From NCBI GenBank assembly GCA_038207335.1, contig JBBQZX010000009.1, positions 64,001 to 128,000 on the forward strand: 64,000 bases of DNA. The letters are read 5' to 3'. Each line of letters starts with the position of its first letter. Positions within the stretch are counted from its first letter, which is position 1. This document shows positions 1-10,093 of the stretch, piece by piece. The translations under genes and the position numbers were made by a program. Below the pieces are notes generated by a model. The model made no database searches and was not told the origin of the DNA. It saw nothing but the letters and a program-made list of their open reading frames with translations. This DNA is from Chthoniobacterales bacterium (GTDB lineage: Bacteria > Verrucomicrobiota > Verrucomicrobiia > Chthoniobacterales > Chthoniobacteraceae).

Positions 1-3000
1 CTCGGGAAAGTGAGCGTGGGGCAGGACGTGCGTGGGGGCGCGGGGAGCGATAGCGGTACGATTTATTCGGATGGAGACATCAGCTCGGTGGCGATCAAGG
101 GATCGCTCGTCGGCGCGGCAGGAGTCGGGAGCGCCTCGATTGTGGCGGACAATGCCATCGGGTCGGTCAAGATCGGCGGCAGCGTGCGCGGCGGCGTGGG
201 GAGCGAATCGGGCGTCATTTCGAGTGACGACCACATCGACTCGTTGGCGATCGGCGGGTCGCTCGCGGGCTACATCGGGGCGTTGGGAATGGGCGGGGCG
301 AATGGCGAAGGCGGCGCGACGATTTTGAGTGGGATGATCAAAAGCGTGAGCGTCGGCAAATCGGTCTATGGCGGGATCGGCGACGACTCGGGCGTGATCC
401 GCGGAAGCTTCGACGGACTCGGGAAAGTCGCGATCGGCGGGTCGCTTGTGGGCGGCGAGGGGTCGGGCACGGCGTCGATTTTGGGAGATCAGATCGATAG
501 CGTCTCGATCGGCGGCGACGTCCGCGGCGGTGCGGGGAGCGACAGCGGGACGCTCAGCGCGTCGGGCGGCGATCAGATCGGAAAGGTGAGCGTCGGCGGG
601 TCGGTTTTCAGCGGCACGGGGAATGGGAGCGGCTGGATACTCGGCTACACGGGACTGCCGAGCGTCACGATCAAAGGCAGCCTCGTCGGCACGGCGGCGA
701 ATCCGGTCGTGATCTCGTCGAACTACGACTACGGCGACGCGAACCACGACATTCCCACGATCGGGAAGATGACGGTCGGCGGGCGCGTGGAGTTCGCGCA
801 AATCCTCGCCGGGTATTCCGGGACGACGCCGATCAGCGCCGACTCGAAGATCGGCAGCATCACTGTCGGCGGCGACTGGATCGCGAGCAGCATCGCGGCG
901 GGTGTGCGAGTGGGGACAGATGGAAAATTTGGCACTGCGGATGACGCGCGGAACCCCCTCAATTCGCCGCCGCCGTCCGGCACTAATCACCCCGAGTTTT
1001 TCAAGTCGAGCATCGGCAGCGTGACGATCAAAGGCCAACTGCTCGGCACGCCGACGGACGTGAGTGGAGCGGACGCATTCGGATTTGTCGCCGAGAGCAT
1101 CGGTTCGATCAGAATTGGGACGACGAAGGCGTCGCTGACATCTGCAGTCGATGCCGTGCCGCTCGGCGCGACCGGCGATTTCATCGCGCGGGAAGACGTG
1201 GGTGGGCCGCAGATCATGCTGCCGGTGCTCATCGGCGGCGTGGACGTGAGCGGCTCAGGAAAAGCGTTCACTTTCACCGATGTGGATGGCGACCTCGTGA
1301 CAGTGAAGACGAACAAGGCGGTGCTCGACGCCGCGGACTTCATCACGGTCCCGTCGGGCTCCGGTTATCAGCTCCAAGAAATCCGCGTCTCGAATCACGG
1401 CGACGCGGCGCGCGGGCTCTCGATCACCGTCAGTGCGAAGCCGCAGGATTTGAACGATGACGGCGTGCTCGACGGCGACGGGTCGGTGAATATCGGCTAC
1501 ATCAATTCGCTCGGAGTCGATCTCGGTGCGGTGAAGATTGCGGGCGATCTCGGCCGGATTGAAGTCGGCGACATGATGCTGTCAAACGGTTCGCTGAAAT
1601 CGCTGAGCGTGCAGTCGATGGGCGTTTTCGCGCTGAGCACGCAGGCGGCGGGTGGAAATCTGCGGAGCGATTTCAGCGGGAAAGTCGGGGCGATCGGTGT
1701 GCGCGGTGACATTCTCGATGCGGTGCTGGAAGTCTCCGCTACTCAAACATGGCTGGGACCCGGAGACGCGTCTGCGAGCGGAGACATCGGGAAACTCACC
1801 ATCGGCGGGTCCCTGCGCGCCGGCGCCGACAACCTGAACGACGTGGAGGGCGGCGTCTTTGCAAGCGGCAAGATCGGGTCCGTGAAAGTCGGCCGCGACA
1901 TCATCGGCGGCGCGGGTGAGGGCAGCGGGCAAATCTTCGCTGGCGATAAAATCGGTTCGGTGAAAATCGGCGGTTCGATCGTCGGTGGAGCGCTCGACGA
2001 TAGCGGGTTGATCGAGTCGGAAGTCGGAATCGGCTCTGTGACCGTCGTCGGCGACTTGATCGGCGCCGCGGGCGAGTATAGCGGCGCGATCTCGGGAACG
2101 CTTTCTCTCGGATCAGTGAAAATCGGCGGCTCCATGCTGGGTGGCAGCGGTGAAGAGAGCGGCGGCGTCTCAGCGGAGGACCGCGAAGGCGTCATCAAAT
2201 CCGTGACGGTCGGCGGCGATGTGATCGGCGGCGGCGGCGAACGAAGCTCCTACATCCATGCTGGCAATAAACTCGGCGTGGTGAAAATCGGCGGTTCGCT
2301 GGTGGGTGGCGTTGGCTTGACGAGCGCCGTCATCTACGCCGGCACGGCATTTGCCGAGCCGCATTTTATCAAGAGCGTGAGCATTGGCGGTGACGTCATC
2401 GGTGCCGTGGGCCAAAATTCGGCGAATCTCGGCTCAGCATTCAGCAGCGTCGGCGCAGCTTCTTTCCTCGACATCGGCAACATTGCGGTACGCGGCAGCA
2501 TCGTGGGCGGCGCGGGATTTGGCAGCGGATCGATCACGGCGGGGAATGTGCCGAAAATCGCAATCGGAGGCAGTGTCATCGGAGCGGTTGGGAATAGCGC
2601 GGAGATCCTTGTCACCGGCACTGCCGGCTCGATCACCATCGGCGGCTCGCTCATCGGTGGTGCTGCTCCGGGCAGTGGATATCTCAGCGCGCAGAAGCTC
2701 GGAAAGCTCGCGATTAAGGGCGACCTCCGTGGCGGCGGCAGCGACTTTGCCGGCTACATTTTTGCGAATCTCGACGGTGCAAAATCAATCTCGATCGGCC
2801 GCTCGATTGTCTCCGGCAACGCAGCCAAGACCGGCGCCATCGACGTCAACGGCCCGCTCGGAAGCCTAGGGATCGGCGGCGACGTGATCGGCACGGCGGC
2901 GAATCCCGTGAACATTTCCGCCCGCGGCACGGACTCGCAGACCAAGCCGCTCGCGATCGGAAACCTGACGATCAAAGGAAGCGTGGCGTATCTCAATATC

Positions 3001-3420
3001 CTCGGTGGCTTCGCTGGGTTCAGCGCGCAGGCGCTCAATGCGGATGCCAATCTCGGGAAAATTTCCGTCGGCGGAAGCTGGACCGCGGGCAATATCAGTG
3101 CCGGCGTCGATCGCGGCGGTGACGGGAGCTTCGGCACTAACCAAGACAAGCGCGGCGCGTTTGGAAACGACGCGGACAAATACTCGAAGATTGCGAGCAT
3201 TACCATCAAAGGCCGCGCGATGGGCACTATCGACACCGTCAGCGGCACCGATCATTTCGGATTCGTGGCCGACGAAATTGTTTCCGTAAAAATCGGCGCA
3301 GTGAAATTCCCGCTCGTCAAAAATGCCGGAAACGACAATGAAAATCGAATGGACGCCGCGCTGCTCGAAATCGGTCCCACCGGTGACTTCAGCGTCCGCG
3401 AAGTGCCGATTGTAATCTGA
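1..3420 (+). CDS. Large Gly-rich repeat (predicted beta-helix) extracellular protein, PVC type; 5' end lies outside the window
   Basis: Frame is open from base 1. Many repeats of the type IGSVKIGGSLVGG.G..SG.I; two modules both end in D(A/H)FGFVA..I.S..IG ... G.TGDF..RE; FTFTDVDGDLVTVK motif at the start of the second module. Confidence 0.75.
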   Translation, partial: LGKVSVGQDVRGGAGSDSGTIYSDGDISSVAIKGSLVGAAGVGSASIVADNAIGSVKIGGSVRGGVGSESGVISSDDHIDSLAIGGSLAGYIGALGMGGANGEGGATILSGMIKSVSVGKSVYGGIGDDSGVIRGSFDGLGKVAIGGSLVGGEGSGTASILGDQIDSVSIGGDVRGGAGSDSGTLSASGGDQIGKVSVGGSVFSGTGNGSGWILGYTGLPSVTIKGSLVGTAANPVVISSNYDYGDANHDIPTIGKMTVGGRVEFAQILAGYSGTTPISADSKIGSITVGGDWIASSIAAGVRVGTDGKFGTADDARNPLNSPPPSGTNHPEFFKSSIGSVTIKGQLLGTPTDVSGADAFGFVAESIGSIRIGTTKASLTSAVDAVPLGATGDFIAREDVGGPQIMLPVLIGGVDVSGSGKAFTFTDVDGDLVTVKTNKAVLDAADFITVPSGSGYQLQEIRVSNHGDAARGLSITVSAKPQDLNDDGVLDGDGSVNIGYINSLGVDLGAVKIAGDLGRIEVGDMMLSNGSLKSLSVQSMGVFALSTQAAGGNLRSDFSGKVGAIGVRGDILDAVLEVSATQTWLGPGDASASGDIGKLTIGGSLRAGADNLNDVEGGVFASGKIGSVKVGRDIIGGAGEGSGQIFAGDKIGSVKIGGSIVGGALDDSGLIESEVGIGSVTVVGDLIGAAGEYSGAISGTLSLGSVKIGGSMLGGSGEESGGVSAEDREGVIKSVTVGGDVIGGGGERSSYIHAGNKLGVVKIGGSLVGGVGLTSAVIYAGTAFAEPHFIKSVSIGGDVIGAVGQNSANLGSAFSSVGAASFLDIGNIAVRGSIVGGAGFGSGSITAGNVPKIAIGGSVIGAVGNSAEILVTGTAGSITIGGSLIGGAAPGSGYLSAQKLGKLAIKGDLRGGGSDFAGYIFANLDGAKSISIGRSIVSGNAAKTGAIDVNGPLGSLGIGGDVIGTAANPVNISARGTDSQTKPLAIGNLTIKGSVAYLNILGGFAGFSAQALNADANLGKISVGGSWTAGNISAGVDRGGDGSFGTNQDKRGAFGNDADKYSKIASITIKGRAMGTIDTVSGTDHFGFVADEIVSVKIGAVKFPLVKNAGNDNENRMDAALLEIGPTGDFSVREVPIVI

Positions 3421-3559
3421 AGCTCGGCGGAAAACGGCGAACGAGTTCGATCCGCAAGGCTGCAGAGGACTGCCATTCCCGCACGAGGATTAGCTCTATT
3501 GCAGAGCGGCGAACTAGCCGCCCCGCATTCTCGCTTTCGGCCATTACCTCTTTCTTTTC

Positions 3560-4354
3560 CTACTGCCCGTGCTGCTTGGCGTTCGGATCGTCGTCGGGAT
3601 TTTTCGTCCAGACGATGTCGGTCTGCGGAAAAGGGATGCGACCGGTTTCAGTGAGCAGGTCTTTCGAGTCCACGGCTTCCGCGTGGCCGTCCATGAAGGT
3701 CATGATACCAGTCGTGCCGTAGCGGGTGACAAAGGACTTCGCGCTGCCTTTGCAACTGCCGTCGTATTTCGGTTGCGTTGGGATTGCCTTTGGCTCGCTA
3801 GGGAGGCCCTGCTCGAGGAACATCACTGTGCGTGAGGGGCGCTGCACCATGCTCATTTTCGGCGGCTCCTTGGTCCCGCTCGCGTCCTTTTGCGAGAGCT
3901 TCGTGTTGATCGCAATCGCGAAGAGTGGCTCTTTCAGCTTCTTGTCGGACTCGGGATATTTGGCTCCAGGAAGCCAGATGAGATTCGCTTTAGTATAAAA
4001 ATCGCGGGGCGACGTTGCGAATTCGCCGACCGTTTTCTGGCCCAGAATCTTCGGAAGAGCATTGTACCACGCTTTGTTTGCGGCTTCGTTTGCTGCGTTT
4101 TGCCAGGTGTCCGGCCCCTTTGCGTCTTCTGCGGGGAAGGTGCCGTCGTTCTGGCTTGTGTATGTGCCAAACGCGGTGGCGAGCTGCCTCATGTTGTTGA
4201 TCGCCACGGCTTTACTCGAGCGCTGCTGGACGACGGAAATGACGGGAAATGCAATCGCCGCGAGCACGAGGATAATCGCGATGACGACGAGGATTTCCAT
4301 CAGGGTGAATGCCGCGCGGTGTGCGCGGGCGGGGATGCCGGGGATGCGGTTCAT
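3560..4354 (-). CDS. Prepilin-type N-terminal cleavage/methylation domain protein (PVC pseudopilin-like, H-X9-DG family)
   Basis: AFTLMEILVVIAIILVLAAIAFP N-terminus; C-terminal RYGTTGIMTFMDGHAE. Confidence 0.85.
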   Translation of the reverse strand: MNRIPGIPARAHRAAFTLMEILVVIAIILVLAAIAFPVISVVQQRSSKAVAINNMRQLATAFGTYTSQNDGTFPAEDAKGPDTWQNAANEAANKAWYNALPKILGQKTVGEFATSPRDFYTKANLIWLPGAKYPESDKKLKEPLFAIAINTKLSQKDASGTKEPPKMSMVQRPSRTVMFLEQGLPSEPKAIPTQPKYDGSCKGSAKSFVTRYGTTGIMTFMDGHAEAVDSKDLLTETGRIPFPQTDIVWTKNPDDDPNAKQHGQ

Positions 4355-4377
4355 GTTTTCGATGTGCAGAGTGGAGA

Positions 4378-5097
4378 TCAGGTGGCGAGGGCGCGGTTTG
4401 GGACGGTAGAGGTGAGCAGGACGCGATTGTTGCCGTTGAGCTGCTGGAGCGCGGCGACGAATTCACCCGGCTTGAGCACGTCTTTGAGGTGAACATTGTA
4501 GCGCAATTCCGTCATCATGCCGGCTTGAATTGATTCGACGGAGATGAGGTCGAAGTCGTGGAGATGCGAGGCGAAGCATTCGCGGAAAACGGTGTCGTGG
4601 TCGATGTCGTTCGTCACGCGGATGCGCAGCCGATGCGAGGCGCGCGCGGGGGAGAAGATGTCGGCTTTTGAAAAGATGTAGATGATCGCGCAGAGGATGA
4701 TCGTGGTGACGGTGGCGAGCGCGTAGGCCCGCGCGCCGACGCCGAGGCCGGCGGCCATCGCGAGGAAGATGAAGCCGATGTCGCGCGCCTGCGTGAGCGA
4801 GGTGCGGAAGCGGATAATGGAAAAGGCGGCGAAGATGCCGAAAGCGGTGGCCTGCGCGTGCTCTTTATCGACATGCACGACCATGACGACGACCGAGACC
4901 ACGGTGCCGAGGATGAGGAGCGAGTGGATGTAATCCTGCGACAGGTCGCTACCTTTGTAGGTGGCCTTATATACCGCTGCGATGAGGAGATTCAGCAGAA
5001 AGCTGAGGCCGATGGCGTAGATGATCTCCTGAAGGGGGGCGATCGGTTTGTCGAAGCCCATGACTTCGTTGATGAATTGGTAAATCGAGTCGTCCAT
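4378..5097 (-). CDS. DUF4956 family membrane protein (MgtC/SapB-like)
   Basis: AFGIFAAFSIIRFRT..ARDIGFIFLAMAAGLGVG motif, several TM helices, adjacent to a VTC gene. Confidence 0.85.
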   Translation of the reverse strand: MDDSIYQFINEVMGFDKPIAPLQEIIYAIGLSFLLNLLIAAVYKATYKGSDLSQDYIHSLLILGTVVSVVVMVVHVDKEHAQATAFGIFAAFSIIRFRTSLTQARDIGFIFLAMAAGLGVGARAYALATVTTIILCAIIYIFSKADIFSPARASHRLRIRVTNDIDHDTVFRECFASHLHDFDLISVESIQAGMMTELRYNVHLKDVLKPGEFVAALQQLNGNNRVLLTSTVPNRALAT

Positions 5098-5118
5098 GCG
5101 TGGTGAAGAGGTGGCGGG

Positions 5119-5964
5119 CTATCCCGCAGCGACTGCGGGCTGTGGGTCGGAGGGGCCGGTGGCGTCGATGAGCGAGGGGTTGAGGGTTTGCGGGGTGATT
5201 CCGTAGTGCGCCTTTGCGCGACGCCCGCCGATTTGCCGGTGGAGGACGGGGTCGCCGTCCTCGAGCGCGTTGTTGTATTTGCTGTGGCTCTGCAGGATGC
5301 AGTGGTGCTCGCCGAGCATTTTCGTGAGCCAAAAAGGCACCGCGCCGGTGACTTTCACCTCCATGACGGAGTAGCCCTCGGGCAGCATGAAATTCTCGAA
5401 TCGCCGGTCGTCCGGGGTTGGCGTCAGATTTTCCATCCGATACGCGATGCCGGTGTCGAAGGTGATGCGCAGGTCCGAATCGGGATCGACATCGGCGAAT
5501 GCCTGCCGGTCGTATCTCATGCAGCAGCACGGTGCGAAGTGGCGCTCGCGGACGAGCTTGTGAACCTCCTCGACGAGCCGCTGGTCCATGATGCGCATCG
5601 GGATGCTGACGTTCTCGCCGTCGGCGATGCGCAGCGCGTCTTCGAGCGGCACGCGGAGGCGGCGCTTCACTCCGCGGCCGTCGCGCTTGTGCTTGATCTC
5701 CACGAAGCACGTCGGCGGTAGCGCGCCGTCGAGGCTGCCATAGACGCGGACGCGCATCTTCCGGCGGTTGCCGAAGCCGCGAACTTTTTCCCAGTAGCAG
5801 TCGCGGTCGGCGTTGTCGTAGTAGAGGCTGACGATCGGGTAAAATGCGCCGTCGCCGGCATTCTCATCGGCGCGCAGATGCGGCAGCAGGTGAGGCATGA
5901 GGCCGTCGCGCTGCTCGCGTGTGATCACGAATTTGATTTCGAATCGGTCGAGGCGATAGCTCAC
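5119..5964 (-). CDS. VTC-domain (polyphosphate polymerase-like, CYTH fold) protein
   Basis: RFEIKF, SLYYD, RRKMRVRVY, FVEIKHK, LRITFD, VMEVK and SKY motifs. Confidence 0.88.
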   Translation of the reverse strand: MSYRLDRFEIKFVITREQRDGLMPHLLPHLRADENAGDGAFYPIVSLYYDNADRDCYWEKVRGFGNRRKMRVRVYGSLDGALPPTCFVEIKHKRDGRGVKRRLRVPLEDALRIADGENVSIPMRIMDQRLVEEVHKLVRERHFAPCCCMRYDRQAFADVDPDSDLRITFDTGIAYRMENLTPTPDDRRFENFMLPEGYSVMEVKVTGAVPFWLTKMLGEHHCILQSHSKYNNALEDGDPVLHRQIGGRRAKAHYGITPQTLNPSLIDATGPSDPQPAVAAG

Positions 5965-6084
5965 AGAGGGGGTTGCTTTGGCGAAAGGGAGGCGGCGGGT
6001 GGGGCGTTGTTAAATAGGGAGCGTGCGGCGGCTTGAAAAGCGGATTGTGAAATCGCGGTGAATTTTTTCGCGCCGCGGGAAGGG

Positions 6085-8247
6085 TCAATCGCCGCCGAAG
6101 AACTTTTTGAACGAGCGAAAGACGCCGCCGGATGCGGGCTTGCGCGGGCGTTCTTCCTCCTCGGTGAGCGCGCCGCCGCGGTGAATGTGGCAGGGATCGC
6201 GCGGGATCACGGACGCGGGCAGGTCGATCGAATACGCCTTGCCCGCGCGTTCGCAGGCGGTCGTCGCGAATTCATTTGAAAGTGAGCAGACCTGCGTGCG
6301 CTGGAGCGGCCCGGGCGGTCGGAAATCCGCAGCGGGGTAGCGGTTAGCGGGTGCGGCATTCATGACATCGACCCAAATCGGTAGCGCGAGCGCAGCGCCG
6401 TACCCGTGCGGGATAATCGTCTGCGGGCGGTCGAGCCCGACCCACACCCCGCACGTCAGCGAAGTGGTGTAGCCCGCAAACCACGCATCGCGAAAATCAT
6501 TCGTCGTCCCCGTTTTCCCCGCCGCAGTTTTCTTGAATCCCAGCGCGCCCGCGGTCGCCGCCGTGCCGCGTTCGAACACCTTCTCCAGGGTCGAAGTCAC
6601 GAGCCAATTCACCCCCGGATCGATCGCCGGACGGCTCACATGCGCCGCGCGATACACGATCGCGCCATCCGACGTGTCGATCCGCTCGATGATGTAGCTC
6701 TGCCGCCGAATGCCGTTATTTGCGAACGTCGAATACGCCGACGTCAGCTCCGACACCGTGCTTTCGAACGCCCCCAAAAACGCCGCCGGCTGCCGCGTCA
6801 TCCCCAGAATCCCGACATCCTCCGCGACCTTCTCCACCGCCTCCAGCCCCGCGCGCTCGCCCACCCGCACGCTCATGGTATTGCGGGATAAAATCAGCCC
6901 GTCCTCTGCCGGGAGCACGCCCTTGTTCGTCCCGTCCGAGTTTCCCGGCGTCCAATTTCCCGCCCCCGTGATCTCGCCGCGCTCGATCGCCTCATCGCTG
7001 ATCGCCGCGCCCGGCAGCATCCCGCGCGCAAACGCCGCCGCATACACAAACGGCTTGAACGTCGAGCCGACCTGCCGTCCCGCCTGAGTCGCGCGATTAT
7101 ATTTGCTCTCGGAAAAATCTCGCCCGCCGACCACCGCGCGGATGCCGCCGGATTTGTTGTCGATCACCACCACCGCTCCTTGCAGATATGGCGTCTGTAG
7201 CTCGTCCTCCTTCGCCTGCTGCGAAAAATTCACGCGCTTCGGATGCGCGTATCCCGGCCGCGACTCGACTTTTCGGAGCTGCACGTCGATCGACTTTTCC
7301 GCCGCCTGCTGGAGCGTTGGATCGATCGTCGTGTAAATCTTCAGCCCACCGTCATCGCGCTGCGCATCCGAGAGCAGCAGGTCGAGTTCGCGCCGCACCG
7401 TGTCCATCGCATAATTTTCCTGCGCCGACAGGACGCGCTTTTTCGCCACGATGAGCCGGTCATCCTTCTGCTCCGCAGCCACGGCGGTCGAGATTTTCCC
7501 CTCTTTCGCGAGCCGGTCGAGCACGGTGTCGCGCTCGCGTTTCGCGCCTTTGGGATTTGTGAAAGGCGAGAATCTTCCGGGGCTCCGAATGATCCCAGCG
7601 ATCGTTGCGCCCTCGCCGATCGAGAGCTGGCTGGCGTGCTTGTTGAAATACGAAAGGCTCGCCGCCTCGATGCCATAAACGCCAGCGCCGAAGTAAATTC
7701 GGTTCACGTAAAACTCGAGAATTTCATCCTTTTTAAACCGCTGCTCGATCCGCACCGCGATGAATGCCTCGAGCAATTTGCGGTGAATGTTTTTGCGATT
7801 TCCCACGCGCTCCTCGGGGTAGCTGTTTCGCGCGAGCTGCTGCGTGATCGTGCTCGCGCCCTGTGCCGCGGAGCCGCGCGTGAGATTTCGCACGATCGCG
7901 CGCGCGACGCCGATGGGATCGACGCCGTGGTGCGAGTAAAAGCGCGAGTCCTCGCGTACGAGCAGCGCGTCGAGAAAATTGCGCGACACCTCCGAGAGCG
8001 GCACCACGATGCGATTTTCGCCCTGGAGCCGACTGTAGAGTTTGCCGTCCATGTCATAGACGATCGAGCGCTGCGGCATCTCCTTCACCGCCTCCATGTC
8101 GAAGGTGGACGACCAGATGCCATAGATGACGCAGACCACCGTGCCGACCACGAGGCACAGCAGGGCGAGCCAAAACAGGAGCCACCGAAAGAAGCGGCGC
8201 GGCGGCTTTTTCGGGGCGTTTTTTTTGCGGGAGGAAGAGCGGGCCAA
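6085..8247 (-). CDS. Class A penicillin-binding protein (PBP1A family transglycosylase/transpeptidase)
   Basis: N-terminal [14 protein letters not shown] and [12 protein letters not shown] (GT51); STFK, SRN and KTGT transpeptidase motifs. Confidence 0.93.
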   Translation of the reverse strand: MARSSSRKKNAPKKPPRRFFRWLLFWLALLCLVVGTVVCVIYGIWSSTFDMEAVKEMPQRSIVYDMDGKLYSRLQGENRIVVPLSEVSRNFLDALLVREDSRFYSHHGVDPIGVARAIVRNLTRGSAAQGASTITQQLARNSYPEERVGNRKNIHRKLLEAFIAVRIEQRFKKDEILEFYVNRIYFGAGVYGIEAASLSYFNKHASQLSIGEGATIAGIIRSPGRFSPFTNPKGAKRERDTVLDRLAKEGKISTAVAAEQKDDRLIVAKKRVLSAQENYAMDTVRRELDLLLSDAQRDDGGLKIYTTIDPTLQQAAEKSIDVQLRKVESRPGYAHPKRVNFSQQAKEDELQTPYLQGAVVVIDNKSGGIRAVVGGRDFSESKYNRATQAGRQVGSTFKPFVYAAAFARGMLPGAAISDEAIERGEITGAGNWTPGNSDGTNKGVLPAEDGLILSRNTMSVRVGERAGLEAVEKVAEDVGILGMTRQPAAFLGAFESTVSELTSAYSTFANNGIRRQSYIIERIDTSDGAIVYRAAHVSRPAIDPGVNWLVTSTLEKVFERGTAATAGALGFKKTAAGKTGTTNDFRDAWFAGYTTSLTCGVWVGLDRPQTIIPHGYGAALALPIWVDVMNAAPANRYPAADFRPPGPLQRTQVCSLSNEFATTACERAGKAYSIDLPASVIPRDPCHIHRGGALTEEEERPRKPASGGVFRSFKKFFGGD

Positions 8248-8290
8248 GTGGGTGGGATGATCGTCAGTCGATGCCGTGCGGGCATTTCAG

Positions 8291-8385
<95 letters not shown>

Positions 8386-8399
8386 GTTCTCCCAAATCC

Positions 8400-9065
8400 G
8401 TGCGAATCGACATTCTCTCCCTTTTCCCGCAAATCCCCTCCGCCGCTCTCGCCGAGAGCATCATCAAGCGCGCGCAGGAAAAGCAGCTCGTCGAAATCCA
8501 CTCACACAATCTCCGCGACTGGACGCGCGACAAACACCGCACCACCGACGACACGCCGTACGGCGGCGGGCAGGGGATGGTGCTGAAATGCGAGCCGATC
8601 TTCGCCGCTGTCGAAGAGCTGCGCCGCCCGGATTCACGCGTCATTCTCATGTCGCCCGCGGGCCGTGTTTTTGTCCAGCGCATCGCAGCGGAGTTCGCGC
8701 TCGCGACGCATCTTATCTTGCTTTGCGGGCATTACGAAGGGATCGACCAGCGCGTGATCGACCAGCTCGTCGATGACGAAATTTCAATCGGCGACTACGT
8801 CCTCACGAACGGCGCCATCGCCGCCGTGATCGTGATCGATGCGCTCGTCCGCCTCATCCCCGGCGTCCTCGGCGACGACCAATCCGCGTTCGACGACAGC
8901 CACTCAAACGGCCTCCTGGAATTCCCGCAGTACACACGCCCCGTCGAATTCCGCGGCGCGCGAGTCCCGGACATTTTGCTCAGCGGAAACCACGCCGCCA
9001 TCGCCGCCTGGCGCCGCGAACGCGCCATTGAAAAAACCCGCCAAGTCCGCCCCGACCTCTTCTAG
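8400..9065 (+). CDS. trmD: tRNA (guanine37-N1)-methyltransferase
   Basis: GTG start giving (M)[46 protein letters not shown] and [10 protein letters not shown] motifs. Confidence 0.96.
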   Translation: MRIDILSLFPQIPSAALAESIIKRAQEKQLVEIHSHNLRDWTRDKHRTTDDTPYGGGQGMVLKCEPIFAAVEELRRPDSRVILMSPAGRVFVQRIAAEFALATHLILLCGHYEGIDQRVIDQLVDDEISIGDYVLTNGAIAAVIVIDALVRLIPGVLGDDQSAFDDSHSNGLLEFPQYTRPVEFRGARVPDILLSGNHAAIAAWRRERAIEKTRQVRPDLF

Positions 9066-9085
9066 CTGGGACTCGCCGATCCCGC

Positions 9086-9922
9086 CTACAGCTTCGCCGC
9101 CGAAAGCCCGCTCGCCATCGCCACGCGCGTCGCCTCGGCGCGTGCGTTTTGCACGAACGTATTATTTTCGCCCAGCTTCGCCCACGGACCCGTCGGCACC
9201 TCGTCGAATTCCACGAATTTCCAATCAGTTACATCCGTGTCCGCCATGCCGAGGAAGTCGCGCACCGCAGGCGAGACATCGAGCCCGGCACCGTGATTGA
9301 GATTCACCTTGGGCCGCTCATTTCCAAAAACATACTGCCAGTGATCGGTGCGAAACGGCCCCGCATCTTCCCACTGCGCGTAGCACACGCGATCCTTGAA
9401 TCGAATCGCGAGCCAGCGCCCCTTGCACACCGTTTTTGTCGGCCCCTTGAACGCTGCGTTGAACCACGGAATGACCTTCGACGCCTCCGGCTTGTGTCCG
9501 TTTTTCGTGAGGTCGTTGTAAGGCAGCGCGACGTAGAACGGATTCTGTCCCGGGGTGAATGCGGCCGGGATGAAATTCACACGCTTCGCCGGATTCGGAT
9601 CGTCCGTGCCGCCGTAATTCTTCGCCCAATTCGCATCCCACGCGCTGATATGATTCGGCACTGGGTTGTTCTTCGTCGGCTTTTCACCGATCCAAAAGGT
9701 CGTCGTCACGATCGCATTTTTCCATGGATACCGGTCCGCTCCCTGCGCCGGCGGGTCGGCGATCCCGACAGACGCGGGCGTTTTTAAATCCGGTCGCGCG
9801 AGCACGGACTCGCGCAGTTTCTTGGAATAGCTCATCTCCGCGGCTTTCGCGGCACCCGTGGGAACGAGTGAGGCGAGGGATGAGGCGACAATGGCGGAGG
9901 ATCGGAGGATGCGCTTTCTCAT
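9086..9922 (-). CDS. Secreted conserved hypothetical protein, possible RlpA-like double-psi beta-barrel
   Basis: Signal-like N-terminus MRKRILRSSAIVASSLASL..AKA; WEDAGPF...GLDVSPAVRDFLG resembles the DPBB DxGP/xDLS motifs. Confidence 0.6.
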   Translation of the reverse strand: MRKRILRSSAIVASSLASLVPTGAAKAAEMSYSKKLRESVLARPDLKTPASVGIADPPAQGADRYPWKNAIVTTTFWIGEKPTKNNPVPNHISAWDANWAKNYGGTDDPNPAKRVNFIPAAFTPGQNPFYVALPYNDLTKNGHKPEASKVIPWFNAAFKGPTKTVCKGRWLAIRFKDRVCYAQWEDAGPFRTDHWQYVFGNERPKVNLNHGAGLDVSPAVRDFLGMADTDVTDWKFVEFDEVPTGPWAKLGENNTFVQNARAEATRVAMASGLSAAKL

Positions 9923-9987
9923 AATGGATGGAGGTTGTGGCGTGAAGATCGCGCCGCGCGGTTCTGGGGTTGCCGCTACTGAATCGG

Positions 9988-10015
9988 ATCGTAGGCCTCG
10001 ATCCGGCGGTGTCAA
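9988..10015 (-). promoter_or_regulatory. Sigma70-like promoter TTGACA-N16-TACGAT with an overlapping inverted repeat
   Basis: Minus-strand TTGACA (10015-10010) and TACGAT (9993-9988); CGGATCG-N7-CGATCCG at 9985-10005. Confidence 0.5.
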
Positions 10016-10054
10016 AGCACCGAATTTGCGGAACGCGCGATCTTGGAAACGCAG

Positions 10055-10084
10055 TTGAAACAGCGCGCCGAACTCCGATAGCAT
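10055..10084 (+). promoter_or_regulatory. Sigma70-like promoter of the liv operon, TTGAAA-N18-TAGCAT
   Basis: Consensus-like hexamers ending 9 nt before the ATG at 10094. Confidence 0.45.
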
Positions 10085-10093
10085 CCGCGCCCC

